A DNA stretch of 64,000 bases from an uncultured Acidobacteriota bacterium (GCA_963843575.1 CAWJKZ010000026.1:1-64000); one strand, 5' to 3'; shown: positions 1-11,100, counted from the stretch's first letter. Notes: a model not told the origin generated them from the sequence alone. A program made the numbers and translations.

Positions 1-300
1 GTCTCTGTCCCAGCAAAACCACCGTAAACCGCCGCCCCATCCACAAGCTGGAAGGTGGCGTTGCGGTCTGTGCCCGTGGTCGGCTTGTACGTCCCCGCCG
101 CGACCCAGATCTCATCGCCGCTGACCGCGCCGCTTAGCGCGGTTTGCAGGGTGCAGGCATTATCCCAACTTGAGCAATCGTTCAAACCGCCCGCGCTTCG
201 GCTTGGCATAATGCACACTGACAACTGAACCAGCCGCCGCGAAGGATGGCATGCCTTGCAGCAGGAATGCCAGCAGGATCAAGATAGTGAAGCGACTTGC
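1..300 (-). CDS. N-terminal fragment of a secreted pectin-lyase-like/beta-helix protein (runs off window; apparently foreign to this contig)
   Basis: Minus strand reads RFTILILLAFLLQGMPSFAAA (signal-like), then after a 1-nt shift SAGGLNDCSSWDNACTLQTALSGAVSGDEIWVAAGTYKPTTGTDRNATFQLVDGAAVYGGFAGTE. This is a typical N-terminus of beta-helix secreted proteins. No own start codon. Confidence 0.6.
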
Positions 301-302
301 TG

Positions 303-697
303 CGCAAGTGGGGCACTGCTTGAAGCGGTTTTGTGTCTCGAACACGAACGGAGGAACGCAACCGCGCACCGATTCGCGCGGTGCCTCCGCGAGGAGGTTG
401 TTGCAGGACAGGCAGCGTGTGAGGAGGCCCGGGAGGCTGGATGTCCCGGTCACGCGGAAGATCTGCCGGATTTGTGCCTGGATATCCTCGCTCTCGAGGA
501 ACACAAACCTGTCGACGACCTTGCGCACCAGCAGCCGGGTGTCGCGTGACAGCAGGAGGCGGTCTTCGCGGCGCGAGACCGCCACGAGTTCGTCGTCGGT
601 GAAGCGATTGGAGTAGAGCACGTCGAAGCCGGCGATGCGGAGCCATTTCGCAGAGGCGGCCCAGCATGACGTCCGCCACGAAACGCGGCTGCGTCAC
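303..697 (-). CDS. Mut7-C RNase domain protein (frameshifted, C-terminus truncated at junction)
   Basis: FVADVMLGRL..WLRIAGFDVLY, LLSRDTRL, TRCLSCN...FKQCPTC zinc ribbon; the expected terminal IYWxGTH segment is missing. Confidence 0.8.
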
Positions 698-818
698 CCG
701 CAGGCAGCCGCACGGCCTTCGACCGGATCAGGTTTTCTCGTGCTCGCGCCGCCTTGCGGCGGGAGTCGTATTTCCCATGACTTACTTGGGGGCCCGGAAC
801 GCTTCGCGCCCCCTTCCT

Positions 819-2294
<1,476 letters not shown>

Positions 2295-2416
2295 CTCACT
2301 CTCCTGGTCCGGGTGAAACGACATTATAGCGCTTCGAGATTGGGTCGCTGAGCCCCTGAACCGCGCAATCTGCGAAAACACCGTGCCCGATAGCGACCGC
2401 AAACTGCGTCCGGGAA

Positions 2417-2575
2417 TTTGGAGTGCGGCGCCTCGGCGCCGCTTTCACTGGTCCTACGGCAGGAATGCTCGGCGCCTCGGCGCCACGCCGAATTGCGCGA
2501 TGCGACCCTGCGACCTCGGCCTTTGGCGGCGCGAGGCGCCGCCCTGAAAGCGGCGTCGAGCCGCCGCACTTCACA
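2417..2575. repeat. Inverted pair of GGAG-type REP-like palindromes
   Basis: TTTGGAGTGCGGCGCCTCGGCGCCGCTTTC (2417-2446) matches the reverse complement of 2546-2575 at 26/30; each copy is a GC-rich hairpin. Confidence 0.7.
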
Positions 2576-2594
2576 ATCAACCGTTGGACAGCCT

Positions 2595-2616
2595 CTGAAG
2601 CCCGGACCCACTTGTT
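2595..2616. repeat. Partial GTGG-type REP copy
   Basis: CTGAAGCCCGGACCCACTTGTT is identical to 38825-38846. Confidence 0.65.
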
Positions 2617-2842
2617 CTCGTGCACTTATGTTTGCGGGAAAGTGAGTGCCGCGGCTCACTTTCCCCCGCGGGCGGGCGGTTCGCCCGTCCGCGGCACGCG
2701 GGGCTAACCCGAACGCACGCATCGACTACCGTGAATTGCGGCGCCAGGGACGACTCTGGCACGGGCCGTGCCTCTGCAAGGACGACCGAACGCGGCCCGG
2801 GACGGCGGGCCGAGAGGGGGAACAAAGGGGAGCAGTTGCACG

Positions 2843-3806
2843 TCAACTTCGGTTCGCTCCCGGGCGGCGTTCGGCCAGAAACGCTTCGACCAGCGCGCCG
2901 GCTTCCGCGACTGGAATCTCCCCGTCGGGCCCGGGCTCGAGCCACCGCAGCTCGGGGTCGGCCCGGAACCAGGTGAGCTGCCGCTTGGCATAGCGGCGGC
3001 TCTCGCGGCGCGTGTCTTCCATGGCCTCTTCCAGATCGATTCTCCCCTCGAGGTAGTCTGCAACCTGTCGGTAGCCGATTGCCTTGAAGGCGTGGCTTTC
3101 GCGGGGGCACTGCCGCAGCAGCGATCCGACCTCGGCGACCAGCCCGGCATCGAACATGGCGGCCACCCGGGCGTCGATGCGCGCGTACAGGGCGGGACGC
3201 GGCCAGGCGATGCCGAGCTTCAGCCAGCGGTACCCGGACAGCGGGGATGCGGGGCTGGGCCTGCCACCAACTCATCGGTTTGCCGGTCGACAGGAACACC
3301 TCGTAGGCCCGGAGAATGCGGTCGGCGTCGGCGGGGGCGATCCGCCGTGCCACTTCCGGGTCGACGCGCGCCAGGGCGCGGTGCAACCTCGCGGTTCCCC
3401 CGCGGATCACGATGCCGCGCAAACGCGTCCTCCACCGGTCGGATCTCCCGGGCCCCTCGAACAACCCCTGGGTGAGTGCCCGGAAATAGAACCCGGTGCC
3501 GCCTGCCACCACCGCGATTCGGTTGCGCGACCGGATGTCGGCCAGCGCCGAGCGGCTCAGGGACTGGTATTCCCCGGCAGAAAAAGCCTGGCTGGGCGGG
3601 CGGAGATCGAACAGATGATGGCGTACGAGGCCCCGCTCGGCCGGGGTCGCCTTAGCCGTTCCGATGTCCATCCCGACGTACACCTGGAGGGCGTCGCAGT
3701 TGACGATCTCGCCCGAAAAGCGCAACGCCAGTTCCAGGGCGAGCGACGACTTGCCGGAGCCGGTCGGCCCGAGGACGGCCAACGCCGGATACGAGTCGGA
3801 GGTCAT
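2843..3806 (-). CDS. miaA: tRNA dimethylallyltransferase (frameshifted)
   Basis: GPTGSGKS, DALQVYVGMDIGTAK, GGTGFY, AIGYRQV, RRYAKRQLTWFR. Confidence 0.95.
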
Positions 3807-3809
3807 CGG

Positions 3810-3905
3810 TTATCCCAGCCTCAGATAGTATCGGATGCAGGCCAGGCATAGGAGCAGGGCCGCCAGGGCGACGATTCCGAGGATCTGTGACTGGCGTCGG
3901 TCCAT
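3810..3905 (-). CDS. Putative 31-aa single-pass membrane protein
   Basis: MDRRQSQILGIVALAALLLCLACIRYYLRLG*; stop lies 3 nt before the miaA start; no clear SD. Confidence 0.4.
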   Translation of the reverse strand: MDRRQSQILGIVALAALLLCLACIRYYLRLG

Positions 3906-3911
3906 GGGTCT

Positions 3912-4015
3912 GTGGGTCCGGGCTTCAGTCCGGAGGTTGTTTGCGGTCGCTACAACGTGCGCCCGTCGCCAAATAGATCATATCAAAAGACGTCCGGGCT
4001 GAAGCCCGGACCCGC
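3912..4015. repeat. REPIN-like element (two inverted GTGG-REPs with conserved spacer), copy A
   Basis: GTGG-GTCCGGGC-TTCA-GTCCGGA ... GTCCGGGC-TGAA-GCCCGGAC-CCGC; spacer similar to the copy at 38741-38841. Confidence 0.75.
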
Positions 4016-4031
4016 TTGCGCGAGCCCTTAG

Positions 4032-4236
4032 CACTGATGTTCACAAATACGCCAACGTATTTTTCAGGACGCGGATGAGCGCAGATCCCCACAGATCGAC
4101 CTGGCGACAGGGAGCGGTCGATCTGCGTGAATCCGTTGGATCCGCGGAATCTGCGTTCTGTTTTGGCTTTTGTCTTTCATCGCCCGTGTTGTTCTGCGTC
4201 CTGAAAAATGCGTCAGCGTACTTATGAGACTGTGTA
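4032..4236. mobile_element. MITE-like element with ~35-bp imperfect inverted repeats
   Basis: Arms 4041-4075 and 4193-4227 match 29/35; internal 10-bp stem 4092-4101/4116-4125; flanked by CTTAG direct repeats (4027-4031, 4237-4241). Confidence 0.55.
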
Positions 4237-4237
4237 C

Positions 4238-6713
4238 TTAGTACGCCTTGCGGAGTTCGACCCCCTGGTAGTAGGTCTTCAGGATTTCCTCGAAGCTTCG
4301 GCCGGAGCGCGCCATCCCGTAGGCTCCCACCTGGCACATGCCGATCCCGTGACCCCAGCCCCTGCCGTTGAATACGAAGCGCTCGACGTTGCCGGCGGGA
4401 TTCACCTCGCGCGAGATGGTGAACAGGGTGTCGCGCAGTCCGAGCGCATTCCGGAACCGGTATCCGTTGAGGGTCATGGAGCCCCGGCTGCCTACCAGGA
4501 GGATCTGGACGACCCGCCCGGAGTTGCCCAGGCGCGCCGGTCGGAGGTCCTTGAGTTCGCCGATGTTTTCGGCCAGCGCGCGGAGTTTTTCTGCGACGGC
4601 GGATCGCGCCAGGGGCGTCTGCCAGCTGGCGACCGGCGAGAACCGGTCGCTCGATGCTCCCGTGCTGTTGAGTTCGACCTCGATGAAATCGACGGCTCCG
4701 GCGTCGCTGAGGTGGTAGCGGATGCGTTCGTTGCCGATGACGTTCAGGGTTTCCACCGGCGAGCTTCGTCCGCCGGATATCCTGAACAGCCGGACGTTGC
4801 TGGCGAGGGGCGTATCGTAGCTTTTCCCTCCTCCCTTGATCACGATCCGGCTGACGGCATCTGTCTCCGTCGGAGGCCGCGGACCCAATTGCGCCGGTGC
4901 GCAGCAGTTCGGGGCGGACGGACTCGACCCACCGTGTGAGCCAGGACAGGGCATCGGAGCGGCGCAGGCGTTCGGCCGGGCGGGCTGTGTTGTCGGGGTA
5001 TGGGCGCCAGAGCTGGGCCTGGATCAGGTAGGCGAGCGGCCTGCGGACCACCAGCGGCACGTCCTTGCCGTCCTTCAGGTTTCCGACGAAGTATTCCGCG
5101 TCGGCGGGGGATATCCGGCGTTCGATCTCGGCTGCCCCGAAAAATGCTTCCGCCGCGTGCCGCAGGAACCCGGCGCGGGTTTCCCAATCGCCCCTGTCGC
5201 GCGCTCCGACTCCGGCGTTTGGGCTGGCGGCGGCTGCGGTGCGGGCCCGCTCTGTCCACGCGCGCGCTTCCTCGGCGGGCAGGGGGGCACCGAGGCGATC
5301 GGGCGCAAGTTCCGCCGGCGCGGCGATGCCGAGGACGGCGGCGAGTTCGATATCGCGGTTGGCGACGCCTCCGTCGTCGGAGGGGAGGATCTCGGCAAGA
5401 GAGTTATTTCCCGTGATACGCGTGTCCAGGACCGGGTTCCCGTCGTTTTCGGTCGAACAGATCACGCTGCGCAGGTAGGGGACGGGCGCGGTATCGAACA
5501 CGTTCGAGAAGTCCTCCGTCCTACCACCGCACGTGGACATGTACATCGCGTCGATCAGGTTGCCTTCGTAGTAGAGGCTCAGCCCCGCCGTTTTCTGGAC
5601 CGCTTCGCTCGTGGCCGGTTTTTCCGCGGCCACACCCCCGTACACCTGCGTGCGCACGTCGGCGGTGAGGTCGAAGCCCTCGGCCCGGAACCGGCCCATG
5701 TTCTTGAGCGCGTAGGTGCGGGCCGCAACCGACTGTGCAGCCAGTGCGGCGAACCCGGGGTACTGGGTCGGGCTGATTTCAGCCGGAACCACGCCGAACA
5801 GGTACTCCTCCACGCCGAGCTGGTTGACGACGGTGATCCGTCCGTTACGGTTCAGCGTCACGTCGAATACACCGCGGTATGGCTTCCCGTCCAGCCGCAG
5901 GAGATCCGGCCCGGACGCCGGGATGAACAGGAATCCGGTGGCGCTCACGCGAAACAACCGGTCCGGCCCCCTCAGCGCAAGAGCAGGGCTTCCACTGCCA
6001 CCGGCAGAAGTGTCGCGGACGACGAGTGCGTCGGGGTAACCGGCTTCGCGCACGGCCGGAAGGAATTCCTGGGCTTCCTCGCGGGTTTCAAACTCGCCGA
6101 CTCTGACCTGGCGTGTCTGCCCGGTCGCGGATTCGCGGACGACGGCGGGCAGGTCAAACCTGGCGGAGACCGTCCTCCTCAACTCGTCGGCGGCGTCGCT
6201 CCTGGAAAGGGCCGCGACCTGGATGCGGTAGATGTCCTGGGATTGCCCGCCGCGCTCAACCCGGACCTGGACTTCTCCAGGAACGATTTGCCTGGGTGCC
6301 TCCGGGATCTTCTCGACCAGGTAGAATTCACCTGCGGAATCGATCTTGATCTCGGTGGCCGCCGTATACAGCCCGATTCGTATCGGTGGCCCGGTCACAA
6401 ATCCCGGTGTCGGCTCGGGGCTGGCGACGCCCGGGACGGGCGTGGACGGAAGGGCGCTGGGGGGTGCGGGCGGCGGTGGAGTGTGGACTTGGGCCCCGGG
6501 GATGGCGGTGGCGGTTGCCGGCGGCGCGGCGGGAGCACTGGTGGCCGGGGCCGAGGGGGCCTGTCTGGGCTGGCTTCGGCCCGGGACCCGGACCTGCGTC
6601 TTGTGCCCGCAGGCGGCGAGAAACACCACGAGCAGGACCAGGACGAAGAACTCGGCGCAGATCTTGCCGCACCGGTTGAGTGGGAGATTTGCGGGCGAGG
6701 GGGTGCTTGTCAT
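4238..6713 (-). CDS. SpoIID/LytB-family lipoprotein with SPOR domain (frameshifted)
   Basis: Lipobox FLAAC, Pro-rich linker, SPOR-like YRIQVAA, EEYLFGVVPAEI, AQSVAARTYAL, C-terminal GRGWGHGIGMCQVGAYGMA. Confidence 0.88.
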
Positions 6714-6757
6714 CACCGCGATAAATACCTACTTACCCGGGCCGGGTGTGTGGGACC

Positions 6758-7816
6758 CTACGGGCGCTCGTTATAGGAAAACACGAATTTCGCCCCCACC
6801 TGCTCGCCGGGGAAGCCGTTGGGCAGGGGCGGAAAGGGATTCGACACGAGCACCGCGTTGAGCGCCGCCAGGTCGAGCGAGGTGCTGCCCGAGGAGGTCA
6901 CGATATGCGCGTTCGTGTACCGGCCATCCTTGCCGATAAAAAATATCACGGTCGTGCGGCCTTGGGAGCTCCTCAGGTTCGAGGGGATGTACCAGTTCCC
7001 CTTGATGCGCTCGATGATCACGTTGGCGTAGTCGCCCAGCGGGAAACCCTTCGTGTCGAAAAGGCCGGTTCCCTCGCTGCGGATGGCCTTCTGCTCGTTT
7101 TCGAACACCTGTGGTTTGGGGGTTGCGGGGGACTGAGCCTGGGCCGCATCCGGCTTGCCGGTCGGCTGCGAGCTCGGGGCGGGAGGGGGAGGCTCGACGG
7201 ACTTCGGTATGGCCCGCGGAGCGGCGCCGGCATCGGCTACCTTGGGCGGTTCGGGCGGACTGGGTACCGGGGGCGGCAGATAGACGGTAGGCGACCTCCC
7301 GGCTGGCCCCGAGCTGTCGTCGCCCCGGGCGGCCCCGGACGGTACGCCGTCTCCCTGCCCGGGCCCAAGGGCGGTCGGCTGTGCGTCGGCGAGTTGTTCC
7401 GGCGGGGCCTGTTTGGGCTCCTGCAGGCCGGGAACCGGCCGGATCGCCGCCGAAGGCTTGTCCTGCGGCTGGGCTTGTGTATCGAGCTCGTTGCCCCAGC
7501 GCAAGCGGATCGTGGGCGCCTTGGCGGCTGCGGCCGCTTCCCAGTCGTACGTGTTCCTTCTGAGCGTCTCCGCCGAGGGTTCGCGCAGCCCGCCTTTCCC
7601 GACAAAGGTGACGGTGCGCCACTCCTCGTCGGACGGGCCGTTGCCGATCACGATCGGGTGGCGGAGCCAGCGGTTCAGCCCTGGCATCAGCAACCCCGGA
7701 TACGCGATCAGCAGGAGAACGGCGCCCAGGTGGGCGGCGCAGCTGAGCGCCCACGCGAAAACCACCCGACGCGTAAGGCGGCGCTTCTGGTATTGGGAAA
7801 TTGCGAAGTCAAACAT
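6758..7816 (-). CDS. TonB/TolA-family energy transducer
   Basis: N-terminal TM with SCAAH, Pro-rich linker, TonB C-domain (IKGNW...SSGSTSLDLAALNAV...PFPPLP). Confidence 0.85.
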   Translation of the reverse strand: MFDFAISQYQKRRLTRRVVFAWALSCAAHLGAVLLLIAYPGLLMPGLNRWLRHPIVIGNGPSDEEWRTVTFVGKGGLREPSAETLRRNTYDWEAAAAAKAPTIRLRWGNELDTQAQPQDKPSAAIRPVPGLQEPKQAPPEQLADAQPTALGPGQGDGVPSGAARGDDSSGPAGRSPTVYLPPPVPSPPEPPKVADAGAAPRAIPKSVEPPPPAPSSQPTGKPDAAQAQSPATPKPQVFENEQKAIRSEGTGLFDTKGFPLGDYANVIIERIKGNWYIPSNLRSSQGRTTVIFFIGKDGRYTNAHIVTSSGSTSLDLAALNAVLVSNPFPPLPNGFPGEQVGAKFVFSYNERP

Positions 7817-7860
7817 GGAATTCCGCGCGCGACAAACCTTTACCCCCCCTAATTATAGCG

Positions 7861-8823
7861 CTAAAGCCGGTTGAATTCGAGAGCCTGAGCCTGCTCCGCC
7901 TGGGCCAAAATCCGCAGCGCCAGCCCGAGCGCTTTGCGGCCGTCCTCTCCCGAGCACTCGACCTGCCGTCGTCCTGAAGCCGCGTCGACGAAGGCCTGCA
8001 GCTCGTCCAGGAGCGGCTCGCGGTGCGGCGGGGAGACCTTGCGGCTCGCGATCTGCGGCATGCCCGCGCCGCCCGGCGCCGGGTTCAGGCTGAACACCGC
8101 GACATCCTGCCGCGTGTAGTCCATCGAGAGGTACTGCTGCGCCTGAAACAGCCGCAGTTTGCGGATCTTTTCCGTCGACACGCGGCTGGCCGTGACATTC
8201 GCGACGCATCCGTCCGCGAACTGGATGCGCGCGTTGGCGATGTCGATCCGCCCCGTCAGGATGGCGATGCCGACGGCGCTGACCTGCACCGGCTCTGAAG
8301 GGACGAGGAGCGAGATGATGTCCAGGTCGTGGATCATGAGGTCCAGGATGACGTCGATGTCCAGGCTTCTCGGGGCAAACAACCCCATCCTGTGGGCTTC
8401 GAAAAACCGGGGCCGGCGCACGAGGTCGCGCAGGGCACGCACCCCCGGGTTGAACCGCTCTAGGTGTCCGACCTGAAGCACGCGCCCGTTACGAGCGGCG
8501 GCCGCGATGAGCCTGTCGGCGTCCTCCAACGTGTGGCAGATGGGCTTCTCCACCAGCACGTGGGCGCCTGCGTCGAGGAATGCCTCGCCGACTGCGGCGT
8601 GCAGGGTGGTGGGTGTTGCCACGCTGACCGCATCCACCAAGCCGAGCAATCCGCGGAAGTCGGTGAAGGCACGGGTGCCTAACGGGGCCGCGATCTCGGC
8701 GGCGCGCCCCGGGAGCGAGTCGGCGACGCCGACGAGCTCTACCTCCGGCAGCGACGCGTAGACCCGGGCGTGGTGCTGTCCCAGGGCCCCGACGCCGACC
8801 ACTGCCACACGCATTTTCGCCAC
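7861..8823 (-). CDS. Gfo/Idh/MocA oxidoreductase (GnnA-like UDP-GlcNAc 3-dehydrogenase)
   Basis: GVGALG, HVLVEKP, VGHLERFNP, DVILDLMIHDLD; directly after lpxA-lpxI. Confidence 0.85.
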   Translation of the reverse strand: MAKMRVAVVGVGALGQHHARVYASLPEVELVGVADSLPGRAAEIAAPLGTRAFTDFRGLLGLVDAVSVATPTTLHAAVGEAFLDAGAHVLVEKPICHTLEDADRLIAAAARNGRVLQVGHLERFNPGVRALRDLVRRPRFFEAHRMGLFAPRSLDIDVILDLMIHDLDIISLLVPSEPVQVSAVGIAILTGRIDIANARIQFADGCVANVTASRVSTEKIRKLRLFQAQQYLSMDYTRQDVAVFSLNPAPGGAGMPQIASRKVSPPHREPLLDELQAFVDAASGRRQVECSGEDGRKALGLALRILAQAEQAQALEFNRL

Positions 8824-8889
8824 CGCTTATCTCCGTTTCCTGAAAGGCTTTCTGATCCTTCGAGTACGCCGGGATGCGTCCAACAGGCA

Positions 8890-9714
8890 TCAATCGAGGG
8901 GTTCGAGGGCGACCACCGCCATCGAGTTCTCGTCGGCCAGGCGTACCAGGTGCTCGCGGTCCATTACCAGGGTGCGGTATGCGTCTACGACGAGCGCCGT
9001 GGCTCCGGCCCGAGCCATGTTCTCCACCGTAGGCACGCCGATCACCGGCACGTCGAACCGCATGTCCTGTCGAGGCTTGCTCACCTTTATGACCGACAGC
9101 TTCTTGTTTTGGGCGAGCCCGCCGGCCCGGAGGATCACCGCGTCGGTTCCCTCCATGGCTTCCACGGCCACCACCGCACGGTCGCGCACGACGATGGTCT
9201 GGCCGATATCCATCAAGGCGATTTTGTGCGCGATCGGCCGGCCGTAGTCGACGTCAGCCTGTTCCCGGGGGCTCAAGCCCCGCCGTGTCAGGACTCCCCG
9301 TTCGGCCATGTACGGGGCCAGCAGCGCCGTCGAATCTACGATCGTGATCCCCTCGTTTTCCAGCACGCGGGCCACCCCGCCGATGAGGGTGTCGGTGTTT
9401 TTCTGTTTCAGGCCAGCCAGCATCCGGATCATGGTTAGGTCCGGCAGCGACGAGCCGAAGATCTGCACGTGCTTGACCTGTCCCGCCATGATGGCCCTGG
9501 TCACGCCCTCAGCCTTGAAAAAGCCGACGAGTTTCCCCAGCTGACCGAGGCCCAGCCACTGCACCGGGAAGCCGCACCCCTCTATGTCCGGGGAGGTTTC
9601 TTCCTTGATGGCCGCGACGACCATGTCGATTCCCTGACGCCGTGCCGATTCTGCGACCATAAAAGGGAACCGTCCGTTCCCGGCGATCAGCCCGTATTTC
9701 TCAGGGTCGGTCAT
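8890..9714 (-). CDS. lpxI: UDP-2,3-diacylglucosamine diphosphatase LpxI
   Basis: GLIAGNGRFP, MDIGQTIVV, AVEAMEGTD, KPRQDMRFDVPVIG. Confidence 0.92.
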   Translation of the reverse strand: MTDPEKYGLIAGNGRFPFMVAESARRQGIDMVVAAIKEETSPDIEGCGFPVQWLGLGQLGKLVGFFKAEGVTRAIMAGQVKHVQIFGSSLPDLTMIRMLAGLKQKNTDTLIGGVARVLENEGITIVDSTALLAPYMAERGVLTRRGLSPREQADVDYGRPIAHKIALMDIGQTIVVRDRAVVAVEAMEGTDAVILRAGGLAQNKKLSVIKVSKPRQDMRFDVPVIGVPTVENMARAGATALVVDAYRTLVMDREHLVRLADENSMAVVALEPLD

Positions 9715-9723
9715 GCGCGCACG

Positions 9724-10503
9724 CTAGCGGATGAAACCGCGTTCGGCTGTTTCGATGAAGCCCGTCAGCACGGCCACTTCGGGCGCCGTCCATTGTTCTT
9801 CCCGGACGCGTGCGAGGGCGTCGCTCGTGTTCAGTTGGGAGCGGAACAGGATGCGGTACGCCTGCTTCAGCTGTTCGATCGACGAGTCCGGCAGCCCCCG
9901 ACGTTGCAGGCCGATGGCGTTGATGCCGTAGATCTTCGCGTGGTTCCGTTCCCCGACTGTCTTGACGTACGGGAGCGCGTCGCGCGTGACGACGGAGAAG
10001 CCCCCGATGAACGCGTGCGGACCCACGCGGCAGAACTGGTGCACGGCCGAAAAGGCGCCGACGGTCGAAAAGTCGGCCACCTCCACGTGGCCCGCGAGCG
10101 TCGCGGCGTTGGCCATGATCACGTCGCTGCCCACGTGGCAGTCGTGGGCGACGTGGCTGTAAGCCATCAGGAGGTTGCGGTCCCCGACGCTGGAGATTCC
10201 CCCGCCGCCGGCCGTGCCTCGGTTCAATGTGACAAACTCCCGGAAGACGTTCTGGTTGCCGATCCGCAGGCTGGTGGGTTCGCCCCTGTATTTGAGGTCC
10301 TGCGGATCGCCCCCGACGGCGCAGTGACTGTGGAACCTGCAGTCGTCTCCGATGAACGTCCAGCGGGCGACGGTGACGTGGGAATCCAGGACGGTGCGTT
10401 CTCCGATCCGGACGGACCTGCCGACGACGCAGTACGGGCCGATCTCGGCCGATACGGCAATGTCGGCCGATGCGTCAACGATTGCGGTAGGATGGATGCT
10501 CAT
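9724..10503 (-). CDS. lpxA: Acyl-ACP--UDP-GlcNAc O-acyltransferase
   Basis: IHPTAIVD, hexapeptide repeats, GGDPQDLKY, HVAHDC, LAGHV, HQFCRVG. Confidence 0.96.
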   Translation of the reverse strand: MSIHPTAIVDASADIAVSAEIGPYCVVGRSVRIGERTVLDSHVTVARWTFIGDDCRFHSHCAVGGDPQDLKYRGEPTSLRIGNQNVFREFVTLNRGTAGGGGISSVGDRNLLMAYSHVAHDCHVGSDVIMANAATLAGHVEVADFSTVGAFSAVHQFCRVGPHAFIGGFSVVTRDALPYVKTVGERNHAKIYGINAIGLQRRGLPDSSIEQLKQAYRILFRSQLNTSDALARVREEQWTAPEVAVLTGFIETAERGFIR

Positions 10504-10564
10504 GGAGTGCCCAAGGCCCAGGGTTCGGGCTCCAGGCCTGACGCCTCGAGCGCGGATCCTGGCT

Positions 10565-11017
10565 TCAGTCGCGATCTACGACCGCACAGGAGAGCTCGGC
10601 TTCTGCGACGAGGGCACCGTCGACGAGAGCTTCTCCTCTCATCTTGAAGAACCGCCCGCGTTGCTTCAGGACGGTCACCTCGAGCCGGAGCTGATCTCCC
10701 GGGACGACGGGCTGCCGAAAGCGGCAGTGGTCGATTCCGGAAAAGTAAACCAGCTTTGAGCTACGGTTCTCATCGCCGCCAAAGAGGAGGATGACGCCCA
10801 CCTGCGCGAGCGCCTCCACGACCAGCACGCCCGGCATGACCGGGTGCTGCGGGAAGTGCCCCTGGAAGAAGGGCTCGTTTATGGAAACGTTTTTCAGCCC
10901 CACCATTCTGGTGGTGCCGTTCGATTCGAGAATCCTGTCGACAAGCAGGAAGGGATACCGGTGGGGAAGCACCTTCAGGATGTCCCCTATCTTCTGAATC
11001 GGGTAAGCGTTTTCCAT
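10565..11017 (-). CDS. fabZ: 3-hydroxyacyl-ACP dehydratase
   Basis: [39 protein letters not shown]. Confidence 0.96.
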   Translation of the reverse strand: MENAYPIQKIGDILKVLPHRYPFLLVDRILESNGTTRMVGLKNVSINEPFFQGHFPQHPVMPGVLVVEALAQVGVILLFGGDENRSSKLVYFSGIDHCRFRQPVVPGDQLRLEVTVLKQRGRFFKMRGEALVDGALVAEAELSCAVVDRD

Positions 11018-11050
11018 ACTCCTCGGCCAATGCGGAGTGGAACGGCGAGC

Positions 11051-11080
11051 AAAAAAGGGGATGGTGCTCACCATCCCCCC
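11051..11080 (-). terminator. Rho-independent terminator after skp
   Basis: Minus strand GGGGATGGTG-AG-CACCATCCCC-TTTTTT. Confidence 0.75.
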
Positions 11081-11100
11081 GGGTTAATTTCAGACGCTCT

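Noticed and set aside
2300-4240. CRISPR array
   Set aside because: The repeats are palindromic pairs without regular repeat-spacer periodicity, and there are no cas genes.
4836-6776. Long antisense ORFs (also 41145-43322, 46056-47780, 52840-54303)
   Set aside because: Shadow ORFs of real genes in high-GC DNA; no recognisable motifs.
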